Source: Camelus ferus (taxonomy: Eukaryota). Taken from it: DNA of 64,000 bases. The stretch is taken from assembly GCF_009834535.1 (NCBI RefSeq), contig NC_045705.1, forward strand, positions 34,348,001 through 34,412,000. Direction: 5' to 3'. The notes below the pieces were generated by a model. That model ran no database searches. It saw only the letters and a program-made list of their open reading frames with translations, and was not told where the DNA came from. This document shows positions 1 through 13,180 of this stretch, one piece after another. The position numbers and the translations under genes were made by a program. Position 1 is the first letter of the stretch; each line of letters starts with the position of its first letter.

Positions 1-1960
1 AAAAAAATAAAGCAGCCACTGCCTTGGGGTAGTAAAACCATGAGGATCTCTAATGAACCTCAAGAGATTCCTGTCTCTGAACCTATTTCCTTTCCTTTAT
101 GCCCTTTGAGAGACACATACCTTCTTCTCCTTAGTTTCTCCACCCCACCATTTATTAGGCTGAGACTCCCTAAAGAAGGATGATGCTCGAAATTCTTTCT
201 CCCAAAAGGAGGAAATAACTGTAGAATTTAATGACAGTGATCAAAGTAACCAATCAGACAAGTTAAATGACCCTTTGACATCTTTTATTTGTTTCCATCT
301 GGGATAGTAGCACTGATTCTGGAAACACTAATCATTTGTCTCTTTTGAATCAACTGTCATCTTCCTTATGGGCACATCTCCAATGGATGTTGGCAAAATT
401 CACAGTGCACCTCCCATCAAGATTCAAATAGATTCTTCAAAGCCTTTTCTCAGAATTAATCAATACCCTATAAGCAAAAACGTCCTTCAAGGCATGAAGC
501 CCATACTAGAAGATTACAAGGTTCAAGGCCTCATTATCCCTTGCACCAGCCCCTGTAACACTCATTTTACCAGTGAAAAAATTTAACAGTCAAGAGTGGA
601 GGTTTGTCCAGGATCTCTGGGCAATAAACAACATTGCTATCGCTCAACACCCTGCTTTCCCTATTCTCTACTCATACGTTACTAACATCCATTCCCACCA
701 GAAGCAAATTGTTTTCTCTAATTAATGTATTCTGAGCATCCTTTAGTGTCTCGATTGATGAAGCTAGCCAATAGCTTTTTGCCCTCACTTGGGAAGAAAA
801 ACAATTCACCCGTTCAGCAACGTTCTCAGGGTTTTACTGAGAGTCCTTCTCTCTCCCGTATCCTGAAGGCTGATCTAGACGCCACGAAGTTCCCTGGAGG
901 TTCTACTTTGTTACAGTGTGTGGATGATTTGTTTCTGTGCTCTCCTTCTCAAGCCTCCTTGCAGGAAGACAGCATCCACTTGCTAACGCTTTCAGCCACA
1001 AAGGGACGTAAGATCACCAAAGTTGCAATTTGCCCAAAATTTAGGTCATCTGCTATCTCAGAAGAAGGGCTACTCTTAGATCCAGATAGACTTCATGGTG
1101 TCCTAAGTTTCCCAGAAGCAAAGACTAAGTGATAATAGCCAGGGCTATTTGGTTATTGCTGAAATTGGATGCCAAGCTTCTGTCTCGTGGCCAAACCTAA
1201 GTTTAAACAAACATAGGCAAAACTTTCTGTACATTTTAGTAAACAGTGACAACCTCAAGCCAGTTTTATGGGAAGAACAGGACAACATGATTTTCAAGAC
1301 CTTAAAGGAAAGTTTGATGAACCCAACTGCCCTTGGGCCCCCCAATTATCAAATTCCTTTTTTCCTATTTTGAATACAGAAAGGAAGGGAATGAACCTTG
1401 GGGTACTCACTTAAACACACAGGAACCACCATTGACCCACAGGGTGTCATAGCCAGCACCTGGACCCTGTGCACAGGGATATGACCATTGCCTTAGTGCC
1501 ATTGTGGCCACTGCCCTCTTGGTTAACGCTGCTGAGAAAATCACCATGAGATTCCCTTACAACTGCTTGACACTGACAGATTGCCTCTTGACTCCTTGTG
1601 ATGCTCTACAAGCTCCTCTGGGTACTGCTGACTCCTCGCGGCTCACTGGTGCTCTTATGTTAAAAAGGCATTTCTCTTGGTCCTTCTAAACCTCAGATCC
1701 ACCCTTTTTAGAACTCATAGACTCTCACCCTTTGAGACAGTCACAGATGGCTCCACCAAAACATGGTTATTATTAACACAAGCAATTAGGCCTTTGCTAT
1801 AGTGGAGTATCTCTCCTTTTATCAGTTGTAGGCTAAAAGAAGCAGGGTCCAAGTGAATTGGGCATCCTGTGACTAGCTATTCCTTCCCTGCCTGGTTAGG
1901 TAACTTTCTTCCCTTAATTGGCCATGGGTCTAGGAGCAATCTTCCACTCTTTACTGTAGC
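1..1960 (+). mobile_element. Degraded, internally deleted class I (ERV1-like) endogenous retrovirus: pro/RT/RNaseH/integrase and possible env remnants
   Basis: Frameshifted pol motifs: RINQYPIS, IIPCTSPCNT, QGFTESP, LLQCVDDLFL (YVDD to CVDD), ATALLV..AEKIT tether, CLTLTDCLLTP (RNaseH start), LSPFETVT (integrase). The element runs off the window start. Confidence 0.85.
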
Positions 1961-4859
1961 TATTTTTAAAAGATCAAAGTTCAAAATTCTCAGTTTCAGA
2001 AATACGGTGAATCAAACTTTTTATTTTCTCCCACCATCCACAAACACGTGAATTAATGGCTTCCCTTTGGTTGGGTGTCTGGTCTCAAATTAATTTTTAT
2101 TTGGATATGGCATTCTGTGAAATAAAAGTCCTACATCTTTATATTACATCATCATTCTGATCAGAATAAGTTAAGAAAAATTTTAGGGGGAAAAGCCCTG
2201 TGTCTAATGTTTCTCTCTTGGAGGAAGATAGTAGGTTTCTGTGGAAAGAGAATGGATTTATGAATTGAGGGGTATGATTGACCATAACAACACATCTATG
2301 TGCAACTGAGTTCCAAAATATATGCATATATCATATATTCATATGCAGGGTTTTATGTCACGTTCTGATGGGTTCAAATATGGAACCAATCCTTTACAAG
2401 CTATAAAATTTTTAGCAATTTATCTAACTTCTCCAAATTTCAGTTTCCTCCTCTTCAAGGGGAAGTTTGGAGGATCTAGTGAGTTAACACACATGAACCG
2501 CCCAGTACAGTTTGCACATAGCTTAGCACATAGTAGGAGCATAATAAGATTGAGTTTCCAACTCTTTAACGTACTTCAAGCCAAAGAAGTTCTATGAAGG
2601 ACTGGAAAGAGTAAGTGTAAACACTGTGTGTACCCATCACATGTACAAATATGTATGCAACCTTGTTTTCTCCTACTGAGTGTGTATCTCAGCCTACGTG
2701 TTCCACTGCTGTCCTGAGTTTGCTCACCATGCACAATCAGAAGAGATCTTGATTAGCCTTGTGGGATCAGAGGAGCTGGCCATTGGGATAGAGCTTAATA
2801 AGCATGGTCTTCAGAGCATTTATATGAATATGTGTTCTCCATACTACCCCAGAGATCAATTAACTACAAATCTGTGAAGTTTAGGTGATACATTCCATTC
2901 CCTTTGAAAAAAAGAAAAAAAAGACCCTCAAGGGGAAGTGTAATAAAACATCTCCAAGGAGAAAGAAGAAAACTCTCAAATTCAGCCCCAACCCCAGCTT
3001 TTAAATATTTCCAAAATCACCCCAAATGCAGATATTAGTTGATACCGGAAGAGCTTCGTAAAGATTATATCTTCTTCCTCCTCTCCCTGGATATCTTTTC
3101 CCTCTACTTTTCTGCCCACAAACACACATCCTATGTGACAAGTGGATATTTTTATCTTTGGTGAACAAACCAGCCTCAAGCTTGCTCTTGAAACTTGTTA
3201 GTGCCTTGGGGACTGGAGGCAGGTACTGAAGCATGATTATACGCCTTAAAAAGCAGAACCCCACACATGCACTAGCAAGATGACAGGCAGAACAAGAGGG
3301 AAGGCTGAGTGCAGTCACTCGTCTTTTACTTTTTGTTCCACATCCCTATTAATATTATTTTATAGAGCACCCTAGATCTAGAAACCTGTGTAGATGACGA
3401 AAAAGTTCCCTGGCTTTCAGTTTTTACCCATATGCCTCTCAGTTCTACCTGTCCTTCACCAAATTCAGCCCCAATCTTGGTTCTACCTTACTGCTCCTTT
3501 GATGGACTCTTGAACCATGGTGAGATCTTGCAACTAGGAAAAGAATCAAGAAGATGTCAAATTTCTGAAGGAATTGCTGTGTCCTTGAACATGGCCCCAA
3601 TTACAAGTAAGTGATATGAAAGCAATTTGGAAGGGCTGTAATTGAGGCAGACTGTACATAGCAGATTTTCCAAATACTGCAGAGACCTCTAATGTCTGAA
3701 ATCCTTCTTTTTTCTGACTGATGGCTTGAATTTTTCCATCTGAATCTTAATTCTTGGATTTAAGTCTTGGCACCTTTTGACTTCATTTGTACATTTCATT
3801 TTAATTCATTTGTGACTTTCACTTGAAATCATTTGCACATTCTGCTGATAGACGTAAAAGAGCAAGACCTTAAAGGCACTGGGCTCTTGCCCAGTGAAAG
3901 CACGAGGTACTGTGAAATCAGGAAAATCACAGAAAACCACAGTTTGGCTGAGGCTTTCCTTGTTACTATTCCATTTTTCTTGCATCCCCAACAGCAACTG
4001 TTAAGCTCAGATGAGGCATATTTGGTTATAAATTTTAACACTTTCTTGAAGCTGTGTCATAAAAGATGACTTGGTTGATAAATCAACTCTACCAGGTCCC
4101 ATCAATTCTGAGTGTCTTCCAGGTGCCAGGTGTTTAATTTTACTGTGTCATTGTATCTTCACCACAGCCTTGAAGGCTAGTGTTATTCACAAAGACGCAG
4201 CTCCAGTATCTATGAATCCAGTCCCCCCAAACTCTTTCTTCAGCTCTGTAAAACAGGGCTGGTGTTGATTACACATATACCATGGGATCATAGGGATTCC
4301 AGATTCAGACCAAACTGAGCCTCCTGGAGTTTTCTGCAAGAATGACGGAGATTCCCTTCCTCTCTTAAGGGAAGAAGCACCTCTTTGTGAGCAGAGTTCA
4401 GCCATGTAAACTGCTTCACACAACCCTTACGATACCTTCCAGGTAACGTTCTGGAATTACATTCAGGGCATCCATATGTGAGAATAAAACCCTGGAGAAG
4501 CATTTCTTCTTGTTTCAACTTGCCCAGCTTCACTGTCTGCTCCTGGGGATGGGACGTTTCATTCTTAGATATGAAAATTTTCCCTTCTAGTGGCAACATT
4601 CAGAACAGACTTCCAGCTGGCACATCAAACCCCCAGATTATTAAATTTTTCAACTTTACCCCTGGATACTTTTTATAAACCTATGTGGTCCATCAGTGAA
4701 CTCTTTATTTCCATAAGATAAGCACATTTAACCTATCACATGATGAGGAAGTGTTTCCCAAAAAAAAAGCTGAGTTCCATAAATAATTCTTTAAGGAATA
4801 TTCACTGCTGATAGCAATCACAGTCCCAATGTATTAAGCAAATACCGCATCTCAAACCC

Positions 4860-5035
4860 ATGAACATTTCACACATTACCTTAAGAGATCCTCAAACAAC
4901 TCTGTTAAGTAGTCACTGTTATCCGCATTTTGAAAATGGAGAAATTGAGACTCAGAGCAGCTAAATGAGTTGCCCAACATCCCACCACTGGCAAGTGGCA
5001 GAGTCAAGATTAAAACCAGTCTTGTCCTAAAACCT
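4860..5035 (-). mobile_element. MIR SINE fragment
   Basis: Core match: ttttgaaaatggagaaattgagactcagagcagctaaatgagttgcccaa. Confidence 0.7.
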
Positions 5036-6429
5036 GTCCAGAATCATAACCACTACCTGATCCCACTCCCCTTTCTGCTTGCCTGAATAGGTGCTCCAAA
5101 TAACCTGAACCACGCCGCGGACCTCGGGTTCCTACCTTATTAAATAGCTGACCAGCACAGAGTGGGACGAAGGCTCCAGCAGAGCTGTTTTTGCTTAGAT
5201 CCACTTTCTCATGGCTCTACGCCCGCAGCAGATTACTCCAAATTTTGCTACAGGTCCTTTTCTTTTCTTCCAGGGGAAAGAATCTTCTCCTGATTCTAGG
5301 AAGTCTACACACCTTTCACAAACAGGTACATAACCTCTGAACATAGGATAAAACTTAAAGCCATATTCGTAAGATTGGGATTGTAAGAGACCTCCTAAAC
5401 CCTGCACAAATGATGGCATGGTTACAGCTAAAACAAGGTTCATGTTGTCTCACTATCCAAATTTGAGGGTTTTAATGCTGAAAAATCTGTAGCAGGCGCT
5501 ATTAAGAGGGAAGGGATGAGCCCCAATTCCAAGGGCCTCTCTCTGTGCAAGTTCGGAGAAGAAAGTTAAGAAAGTCAAAGAGAACTTGACTAGCAGTGAG
5601 TAAATATGGATTGATTTATGAAAAACTGGGGATATTAAATTGAGATAGCACACCTAAATTGAGCAAGAAAAATTCAAAACAAACACAGAAAGTGTTACTT
5701 TGCAAATCGTCAAGTTACTAACTTGGGATGGTTTCTATCATATATGTAAGTTATAGAGAGTATGTGTACCATGATGCAAACACCCACACGTATACACATA
5801 TACCTGCACATGAAAGGGGTACACCAAAATGTTAAGTCTTCATTTCAGGAGGTGGAACATCATAATTTCCAGTTTCAGGGTTTTTTTGTACATCAAGCAG
5901 GAACTGCATGTGATTTTTAGGCTTAATATTTCACAGTTGTCTGCTGATCAAATCATTTTACAGTTCTCACATATTGCTTTAAATTCATAAAATAACATTT
6001 TCTTTCTGAAAAATAAAGTAAAATTTGTTGGATTTACTATATTTTAAGAAGTAGATAGAATAGGCTGAAAACATAGCTTAAAAGACACTTAATTTTGTTG
6101 ACTTCCCAATTTGGGGGTCAAGAACTGAAGAAGGATCAAGATATATTCCAAATGTTTACGAGTCATTCACCATGAGCCACCAAGCCCTCTGACCACACTC
6201 TTCCTAGTGCCTCCTGCAGGGACAGGACCTCAGCTTCAGAGAGCTACTGACGGCAGAGTTCTCCTCTGAGCTACGTGCACTGAAACAGTGTGGACGTGAG
6301 AGGTGATGATGGGAATCCTTACAGATGCAGATTGAGTGGAATCCAGTCCCTGATCGTCAAAGATGCTTCATATACCAAAAATTCTAAGAATTTGATTTAG
6401 GATAGTTTGTAATTTAGGTTTTAAACAAT

Positions 6430-6755
6430 AGCAACAACAAACACTTGTAGAGTGCTTACTGTGGGCCAGGAATGTCCTAAAGGAGGTTGGGAAGATGGTA
6501 GATAATTAGGTAGGTAGGTAGGTAGATAGATAGATAGATAGATATAGACAGACAGACAGACAGACAGACAGATAGCTAATTGATAGAGGTGATAGATATG
6601 ATAGCTAGATCCTAAGAACAAAGTGCTATTATTATCTCTAATTTCACAGGGAGTCATAGAGAGTTCAAGTGACCTTCCAAAGATCACACATCTATTAAGT
6701 GACAAAGCTGGGAATTGAATCCAGGCAGCCCAAATCCAGACTCCACATTCTTAAT
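6430..6755 (-). mobile_element. MIR SINE interrupted by a tetranucleotide STR
   Basis: gtgcttactgtgggccagg ... aagtgaccttccaaagatcacaca...gctgggaattgaatccaggc. Confidence 0.7.
6508..6575. repeat. Compound (TAGG)n(TAGA)n(CAGA)n microsatellite
   Basis: Directly visible tandem repeats. Confidence 0.95.
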
Positions 6756-7049
6756 AAATAAGCTTTGACAGCTCAGACTGAAGACAAATTTGAAACCGCA
6801 ACCACATTGGTATACTCAGGTCTAATATTCGACAATGAAGGCATTTCTATGCAGATCGGGCCTAATCCTATAGATTAAGAATATTCGAAATGCCTGACTG
6901 ATTATTTCACAGCTACCTGACTGAACCCGGTCTCTGCTGGTTTCTCCATTCCAATACGGAAACTTGAAATAAAATTAGACACATAATTATTTCAGGGCAT
7001 AATGTGACTCACCTGGGACACACAAAACTGTCTGAATAATAACTTTCAC

Positions 7050-7270
7050 TGCAGACTTACTATGTGCCAGTCACCTTATACACTTTGCCTTATTTAATTC
7101 TTAAAACTTAAAAAGTGAATAGGTGTTGTCACCCTTTTTAAAGATAAGGAGATTGAACCCTAGAGATGTTAGATATCTCATCCAAAGTGACACAGCTACT
7201 AAAGGGTGGAGACAGGAGTTGACCACAGGGAGTCTGAATCCAAAGTTTAAGCTCAGATCAACCACACCAT
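7050..7270 (-). mobile_element. MIR SINE
   Basis: cttactatgtgccag ... gataaggagattgaaccctagagatgttag ... gtgacacagctactaaag. Confidence 0.65.
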
Positions 7271-7465
7271 CCTGCGTTTAGAAAGCAAATATTTAAGACA
7301 TTTACCTTCTGAGAGGAAGAGAGAATCTTTGCATAAAGGTGTAACCCTCCATAACACACTGCCCTCCCTCCCACGCATTTAGTAATTATTTCTTGACATC
7401 ACCTGTACTGTGGGTTATCATTATTATGCCAGGTCTGCATCTTGTCCTTGTGGTCCACGGGAAAC

Positions 7466-8413
7466 ATGCCCACCACTAAAGCCTGGAACAGCTCGTCAGT
7501 GACCATGTTCATCCTCCTGGGATTTGCAGACCACCCGGAACTCCAGGCCCCTCTCTTTGTGCTCTTCCTGGGTGTCTATCTCGTGACCTTGACCTGGAAC
7601 CTGGCCCTCATCTTTCTGATCAGAGGTGACATCCGTCTACACACACCAATGTACTTCTTCCTCAGCAACCTGTCCTTCATCGACATTTGCTACTCTTCCG
7701 CCGTGGCTCCCAAGATGTTCACCGACTTCTTCCGGGAACAGAAGACCATATCATTCTTCGGCTGTGCTGCTCAGTTTTTTTTCTTTGTCAGCATGGGTCT
7801 AACTGAATGCTTCCTCCTGACTGCTATGGCATACGACCGATACGCAGCCATCTCCAGCCCCCTGCTCTACACTGCGGTCATGTCCCAGGGCCTCTGTACA
7901 CGCATGGTGGTTGGGGCCTATGTTGGTGGCTTCCTGAGCTCCCTGGTCCAGGCCAGCTCCATATTTCAGCTCCACTTCTGTGGACCCAATGTCATCAACC
8001 ATTTCTTCTGTGACCTCCCACCAGTCCTGGCACTTTCTTGCTCTGACACTTTCCTCAGTCAGGTGGTGAGTTTCCTCGTGGTGGTCTCCGTTGGGGGCAC
8101 GTCTTTCCTCATCCTCCTCATCTCCTACAGTTACATAGTGGCTGCCGTCTTGAAGATCCGCTCAGTGGAAGGCCGAAGGAAAGCCTTCAACACGTGTGCC
8201 TCACACCTGATGGTGGTGACTCTCTTGTTTGGGACGGCCCTTTTCATGTACCTAAGACCCAGCTCCAGCTACTCGCTTGGCAGAGACAAGGTGGTCTCTG
8301 TGTTCTATTCACTGGTGATCCCCATGCTGAACCCGCTCGTTTACAGTTTGAGGAACAAAGAGATAAAAGATGCCCTGTGGAAGGTGTTGGGGAAAAAGAA
8401 AGTGTTTTCCTAG
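7466..8413 (+). CDS. OR5A1: Olfactory receptor family 5A, intact, 315 aa (OR5A1 orthologue)
   Basis: ATG at 7466 (the ORF track start at 7442 is TTG). Motifs [44 protein letters not shown]. The N-terminus [16 protein letters not shown] and C-terminus KKVFS match human OR5A1 as recalled, and the position next to OR4D6 fits. Confidence 0.93.
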   Translation: MPTTKAWNSSSVTMFILLGFADHPELQAPLFVLFLGVYLVTLTWNLALIFLIRGDIRLHTPMYFFLSNLSFIDICYSSAVAPKMFTDFFREQKTISFFGCAAQFFFFVSMGLTECFLLTAMAYDRYAAISSPLLYTAVMSQGLCTRMVVGAYVGGFLSSLVQASSIFQLHFCGPNVINHFFCDLPPVLALSCSDTFLSQVVSFLVVVSVGGTSFLILLISYSYIVAAVLKIRSVEGRRKAFNTCASHLMVVTLLFGTALFMYLRPSSSYSLGRDKVVSVFYSLVIPMLNPLVYSLRNKEIKDALWKVLGKKKVFS

Positions 8414-8669
8414 CTCGTGATTGAAAACATATTTCTCCAAACTCCTGGAGGCTTCAATGAACCAAGGCATTTACCTCCACCTCTGGCTTAGGTAAGTGAT
8501 ACGTTCTGCGTGCATTTTGAAAATGGAGGCTCCTCCTGCCGGATTCTCTCACCATTCCTCACGGTCATCTGTCTACTGATCCCACCATGGATAGTCGAAA
8601 GCAGGGAGAGATTACTTCAGAAAAAAACTTCGCAGGATAACATTCTCACAACTGGCATTACAACCACCA

Positions 8670-8885
8670 CCTTTTATTGGGTGCTTAATATGTACCAGGC
8701 ACAAAAGTTATTTAAGTAAATACTGACTGCAGTGCTATGATGCACGTAGCACTATCCCTATGTTCCAGATGAGGAAACAAGGTCCCAGCAAGGAAAACTG
8801 ACTTGCCTGGGGTCATGCAGGAAGCAAGGGGCAGAGCTCCCATTCAGACCCAGGTCTTCCTGACTCCAGAGCCCATGCTCTGCCC
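8670..8885 (-). mobile_element. MIR SINE
   Basis: ttattgggtgcttaatatgtaccaggcac ... cagatgaggaaacaagg ... gacttgcctggggtcatgcag. Confidence 0.7.
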
Positions 8886-10179
8886 AAATCCTGCTTTCCA
8901 TACTCAACAATAAACAGGCCTGAAGTTGTCCAGGTGCAAAGAGCTTATTACTAGCATATGGAAGAATTCAAAAAGATGCACTGTGTGCAGCTGAGGTAAA
9001 TTGCAAACCCAGATGCCTACTCCGTTAAGCGTCCGAGCTGTCCCTGTTGGCCTCCCATGATGGCTACTGGATAATGTGTTAAACAAATACTGAAGGACAT
9101 TACCCTTTGCCTCCATGTCTACCTCACCCCTGGAGGGACCTGGAAAACTTGAGTCCAACGGTATCACAGCAATACTGTTCTCTTCCCAGTCTCTGTCACC
9201 TGAACTGCCTACTTTTTTTTACCTCCCTGATTTCAACCATGCCATTCCTTTACTCCAGTTCACATCTCTGAGTGCCTTTTGATCATCACACTCTGAGTTC
9301 CTCTTGCTCTCTTCTATTTGAACCTATTGCTCCTTGTTTCTTTACCTGAATGGATTATCCCTTGCCGCCCCACATTAAATATTATTTGTCCTTATCTCAG
9401 GGAGGAATATCCCAGGCTGCCATTACTCCTTCATGGAGGGCACTTACAGTGGAGTTGTCCAGGACAACCATTTCTGCTGATAAAGCCCTCTCTCATTCCT
9501 TTGTAGCTATGTTCTCTTCCTTCTGTTAGACATCGGATATGGACTTGACTTTACTTCATTGTTCATATAAATGAATTAACTATTTCTTTCATATCTGGAA
9601 GAGCATAAACGATGCACAGTGGGGAAAAGATCTCTGTCTCAGGTCTCTTGGGTTCTTCAGTCTCCTAAATTTATTCCCATTCAAGTCAAGCAAACTTAAA
9701 ATGACCCATACAAATAATACCCAATGGGATTACCCAATGGGTAACTTTTTCTGAAATTCCTTTGCTGATTACCTTTATGAATATTAGGACCTACCTGGCA
9801 CTGTATTGGAAGTTCTGATAATCAGAATGGATGATGGATGCTATGTTCAGGACACTTCTATTTTTATGTTTCCTCAGCTGTACGACTATAATATGAGGAA
9901 GCCTTTGGGATTATTGCAGATGTGAGATCTAATGGGGGGGACAGACTGACCAAGCACAGCAGGAGACAGAAGGCTAGATTATTCCTTTGAAGTTTTGAAT
10001 TGACCTGCTTGAAGTCTGGCATATTCCCATCCAAATAAATAAGTTTGATGAGGTAAAATTATTTTTTCTCCTAAAGAAAGTGATTCAGTTTATAAAAATT
10101 ATGGAATGAGTTTACCATAAAAGAAATCTATGAATTATTTGATATCAACACATTTTACTTTCTTCTCCTTCTTTAAGTT

Positions 10180-10182
<3 letters not shown>

Positions 10183-10236
<54 letters not shown>
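10183..10236. repeat. (AC)27 microsatellite
   Basis: Directly visible. Confidence 0.98.
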
Positions 10237-10238
<2 letters not shown>

Positions 10239-10379
10239 CTTTGCTCTTCCTCATCTGCCTTATTTGCCAACCCATCTCAGCTTATATACCAAAGATCCTC
10301 CACCTCACCTCGTAAGAGAGCTTCGCATAGAAACAAAATACAGTGGCCTCTGCACAGTTCCATCTAAAGACTCTGAGCT

Positions 10380-10865
10380 TATGAGTTCACTATCACTGCG
10401 GTAACCAATTACCACAAAGTAAGTGGCTTAAAACCATATAAATTTAATATCTCACAGTCTCACAGTTCTGCAGATTAGAAGTTTAGTAGGGGTCTCACTG
10501 GGCTGAAACCAAGTTATCAGCCGGGCTGTGTTGCTTTCTGGAGGCTCTAGGATAGAATCCATTTCCTTGTCTTTTCCAGCTTCTAGAAACCACCCACATT
10601 CCTGGGTTCACAGCCCCCTCTCTCCATCTTCAAAGCCAGCGATGTCACATCTACCCTCAGCTGAGAAACGTTCTCTACTTTTAAAAGACTCTTGTGACTG
10701 GATTGGACCCACCCTGAAAATCCAGGGTCATCTCTTCATTTCAAGGCTCATGACTCACATCTGAAAAGTCCCTCTTGCCTGAGAGGTAATCTATTTGCAG
10801 GTTCATGAAATTAGGACATAGGCATTTGGGGGGTGGGGGGAGTAACTATTCAGCCTACTTAGCTC
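10380..10865 (-). mobile_element. MaLR solo LTR (MLT1-type)
   Basis: taaccaattaccacaaagtaagtggcttaaaacc...tctcacagttctg...ttctggaggctctagg...ccagcttctagaaaccacccacattcc...gattggacccacc. Confidence 0.8.
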
Positions 10866-10929
10866 TTTTCACACTAGTTGTCACTTTATTGATTTGAGTT
10901 TGTGAGGCCAGCTCTCAAGAACATTCATG

Positions 10930-11405
10930 AGTTTCCCATTGCCTCCAAGTTAAACTTTTTAACAGGCACTTCAAAGTCCCTTTTGCTTTTTTTGCTGTAT
11001 CTCTCCAACCCCCCCACTCCTCACTACGTCTGCCCCAGGACTATGGGATCTGGGCAGCATGCTGTCCCTTGACTTTTTTCCCTCAAGCTCTTTGCACAAG
11101 AAGTATCCTCTTCCCTCCATCCATACTCTTACCTGATGGCTTCTCATACTTCAGGTCTCTGCTCAGACAGCACTTCCTCCATAAAGATCTGCCCACCCCT
11201 TCCCCAAGCCCAAACCATCATGATCTACCCAGCTGATGCACTAACATTACTGTTTGTGACTTCTCATTATGTAGCTTGTACCTTACACTCGACTATCACT
11301 TCCTTAAGGACTCAGAGTGACTCTTGTTCACTGCTGTTCTTCCAGAACCTAAGACAGTGTCTGGCACGTAGTAGACACATAATAAATATGTTTAACAAAT
11401 GAACT
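10930..11405 (+). mobile_element. L2 LINE 3' end
   Basis: Terminal cctaagacagtgtctggcacgtagtagacacataataaatatgtttaacaaatgaa. Confidence 0.75.
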
Positions 11406-12299
11406 GTTCACTGTTCGTAGTAATTCTGGCTTTTGTTGAGCACAGTGTTTATATATCGCTTTGGGGTATGGCTAACAAGGCTTTTTATAGATTTGTTTCA
11501 ATAAAAGAGAGACTGAAAAATGTTAGACCTCTTTTCCCATCTGCTATACTCTAAAAATAAATGTAAGGGAGCTTTTAATTAAATGGCTAATCATAACATT
11601 CAAAAATGCATAAGTACTTTCCATTGCAGATATAATAGACAGTTAGAGATAGATAAAAAGAAAGCAAATACCAGAGAATTCATACAAACAAAACACCCTA
11701 TACATCAAACCTCAATGGCTTTCCATCTTTCCTAGCTCTAGGCATAATTTATTTAAAACCCACGCAGAATTGTTAATTGCAGTGAAAAGCAGATTACCAT
11801 ATTTCTGGCTTTAATGGTCTTGCTTCATCTGACATCAAAGCACCCATTTCCCTAACCTGAGAGATCTAACCCAGTTTGTGCCTGAAGACATGTGTGAGCC
11901 CACCCTGAGGTTTCTTCTGCCTCCTTTCCCTCTAATGATTGAGCAAGGAAAAAGAGACCATTGCATCACATGAATCCACTGTTTCCAGAACAAAATTCTC
12001 TGCAAAGATCAGCTTTCTCTCTCTAAGAAGTCTTCTGTCTCTAAAATTTAGCTCTTTCTCCTCAGAAATTAGAGGCTGGCAACTTGGTTAATAAAGTGAT
12101 TTTATAAAATATACACAAACTCAGTTTTGCCAGAAACACTTTCTAGAACACATTTAAATAAACTTCTTAAGCAAAGTTTAAAAGGTTTTTTCCTTTTACC
12201 CTTCCTTGTTTCAAAATATTTCAAAGTGACTTCAAATACACATGCACTGCACAAAATAAAGCAAGTTGCAAGTAAGTGAACAGTTATATGCTTTTTAAA

Positions 12300-12990
12300 A
12301 AGTTAAAATGCTTCATGGCAATTAGAAAATATAGACAAATATATGTGTAGCCTTGGAATAGAAAAGATTTTTCTAAACTTAATGCGGAAAGCAAAACCAC
12401 AAAGAAAAAAAAGGACAAGTTTAACTGCAATAGTGTTAAAAATCTGCCTGGAAAACAAAACATAAGGAAAATTAAAGGACAGAAGTTTAACCAAGGGAAA
12501 TATGCACACCTCATATGGTAGACAATAGTATACATATACATACATATACACACACACACACATCTTACCAACAAAATTTGGAAAAGATAAACCAATAGAA
12601 AAAAAATGGGCACAGTTATAATCAAGCAATTCACACACACAAAAAGATAATAACAGCTAATAATCTGATGAGAAAATACTCAACTGTACTAAGAGTCAAA
12701 GAAATGAAAATGGAACAGTGAGAAATTTTTTCTATTAAAAAGGCAAATGTTCAAAGTAGCAATAATATTGAATGCTACTGAATGCTCAGATACAGGAAAA
12801 TAGGCTGCTTCATGTACAATTGTTGAAAATATAAATTGTACCATCTTTCTGAAGGTCAGTTTGGCAACATGCATCAAAAATCATTAAATGTACATGCTTA
12901 AGCCTTAGCTCTTGTCCTGCTAAGAATGTAGCATATGCATATGTGTCCAAGTATGTTCATCTCAGTGCTATACATGATACTAAAAATGGA
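12300..12990 (+). mobile_element. Old L1 (L1M-type) ORF2 3' fragment
   Basis: A-rich degenerate ORF2 end: accaatagaaaaaaaatgggcac...aagcaattcac..., cagtttggcaacatgcatcaaaa. Confidence 0.7.
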
Positions 12991-13091
12991 AACATCCTTG
13001 TAGCCTTTGACATTCATACCTTGTTTTCTAACCTAAATTCCTTTCTTTCCCTTCATTGGTCATAACATGAATCAAGAATCAGCCTTCTCTA

Positions 13092-13180
13092 GGGGGAGGG
13101 TATAGCTCAGCATGTAGGAGGTCCTGGGTTCAATCCCCAGGACCTCCATTAGAAAAGTAATATTAAAAATTTAAAAGCAA
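13092..13180 (+). mobile_element. Vic-1-type tRNA-derived SINE, internally deleted, 15-bp TSD
   Basis: ggggagggtatagctcag/catgtaggaggtcctgggttcaatcccc. Flanks aatcagccttctcta (13077) and aatcaaccttctcta (13181). Confidence 0.85.

Noticed and set aside
725-1132. 135-aa RT-like ORF as a possible domesticated gene
   Set aside because: The catalytic YxDD is changed to CVDD and the ORF is surrounded by frameshifts and stops, so it is an ERV relic.
7442-7465. N-terminal extensions in the ORF track (7442, 31460, 43414)
   Set aside because: They are TTG starts, not credible initiators for mammalian ORs; 31460 also lies upstream of the likely acceptor.
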